The notes under the pieces: generated by a model
The model's database searches: none
Told to the model about the DNA's origin: nothing
What the model saw: the letters and a program-made list of their open reading frames with translations, nothing else
Shown here: piece by piece, positions 31,910 through 32,000 of the stretch
Layout of the letters: every line of letters begins with the position of its first letter
Numbering within the stretch: position 1 is the stretch's first letter
Assembly (NCBI GenBank): GCA_001695645.1
Contig: LVZN01000015.1
Location: 9,749-41,748 of the forward strand
DNA length: 32,000 nt
Reading direction: 5' to 3'
DNA from: Erysipelotrichaceae bacterium MTC7
GTDB taxonomy: Bacteria; Bacillota_I; Bacilli_A; Erysipelotrichales; Erysipelotrichaceae
Position numbers and translations under genes: made by a program

Positions 31910-32000
31910 TGCCTTTTTTCTTAGGCGCTCTAAAATATCGTGTGGCTGTGGCTAAGCTATAAAATTAAGTGTGTCTATTTTCGAACCCCTTTAAAATTAA

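Noticed and set aside
31975-32000. GGGGTTCGAA on the minus strand, reminiscent of a tRNA T-arm. There is also a possible 3' end of a minus-strand gene (..LILKGFENRHT*).
   Set aside because: No complementary T-stem or acceptor stem can be built. The coding fragment is too short (11 codons) to support a call.
1-32000. Scan for CRISPR arrays, rRNA or tRNA genes, intact prophage or integrase genes, and lacABCD tagatose-pathway genes.
   Set aside because: No regularly spaced repeats, no rRNA- or tRNA-like segments, no integrase or recombinase ORFs and no tagatose-6-P pathway ORFs were seen. The only mobile DNA is the decayed IS66 fragment.

Overview
Low-GC Firmicutes-type chromosomal segment, almost entirely transcribed on the minus strand and dominated by carbohydrate uptake genes. 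No rRNA, tRNA or CRISPR array was found.

Gene content, left to right:
- 1-103: truncated membrane protein, followed by an RpiR/SIS regulator.
- 1.2-7.2 kb: Leloir operon galR-galK(atypical)-galE-galT-galM.
- 7.3-13.7 kb: apparent single operon lacF-lacE-lacG-HAD-GH53 galactanase, with a divergent DeoR-type lacR.
- 14.8-16.3 kb: cysK plus an Rrf2 (CymR-like) regulator.
- 16.4-17.0 kb: decayed IS66-family fragment.
- 17.0-18.3 kb: AT-rich islet with two uncharacterised genes.
- 18.6-20.3 kb: ammonium transporter fused in frame to a P-II (GlnK) domain, behind a structured leader.
- 20.5-24.3 kb: MATE, EamA and MATE exporters.
- 24.3-25.6 kb: divergent PadR regulator translationally coupled to a DUF5131 (Gp37/Gp68, three-Cys) protein.
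- 25.7-31.7 kb: manX-manY-manZ-manO, preceded on the same strand by a glucose-class EIICB and a BglG/LicT-family antiterminator.

Leads most worth follow-up:
1. A RAT-like antiterminator/terminator switch between the BglG-type antiterminator and the mannose-class PTS. This would be cross-class PTS control.
2. A PTS-dependent beta-1,4-galactan route (GH53 + LacFE + LacG). It has no tagatose-6-P genes in the window, but has a HAD hydrolase (unusual DxN motif I) coupled to lacG next to the Leloir operon.
3. The Amt-PII fusion and its leader with two tandem intrinsic terminators.
4. An 8-codon Met-Cys-Cys leader ORF with a strong SD upstream of cysK.
5. The PadR-DUF5131 coupled pair.
6. The orphan islet: an acidic 262-aa protein plus a cysteine-free thioredoxin-fold protein.

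All functional calls rest on my own recognition of motifs in the translations. No database search was run.
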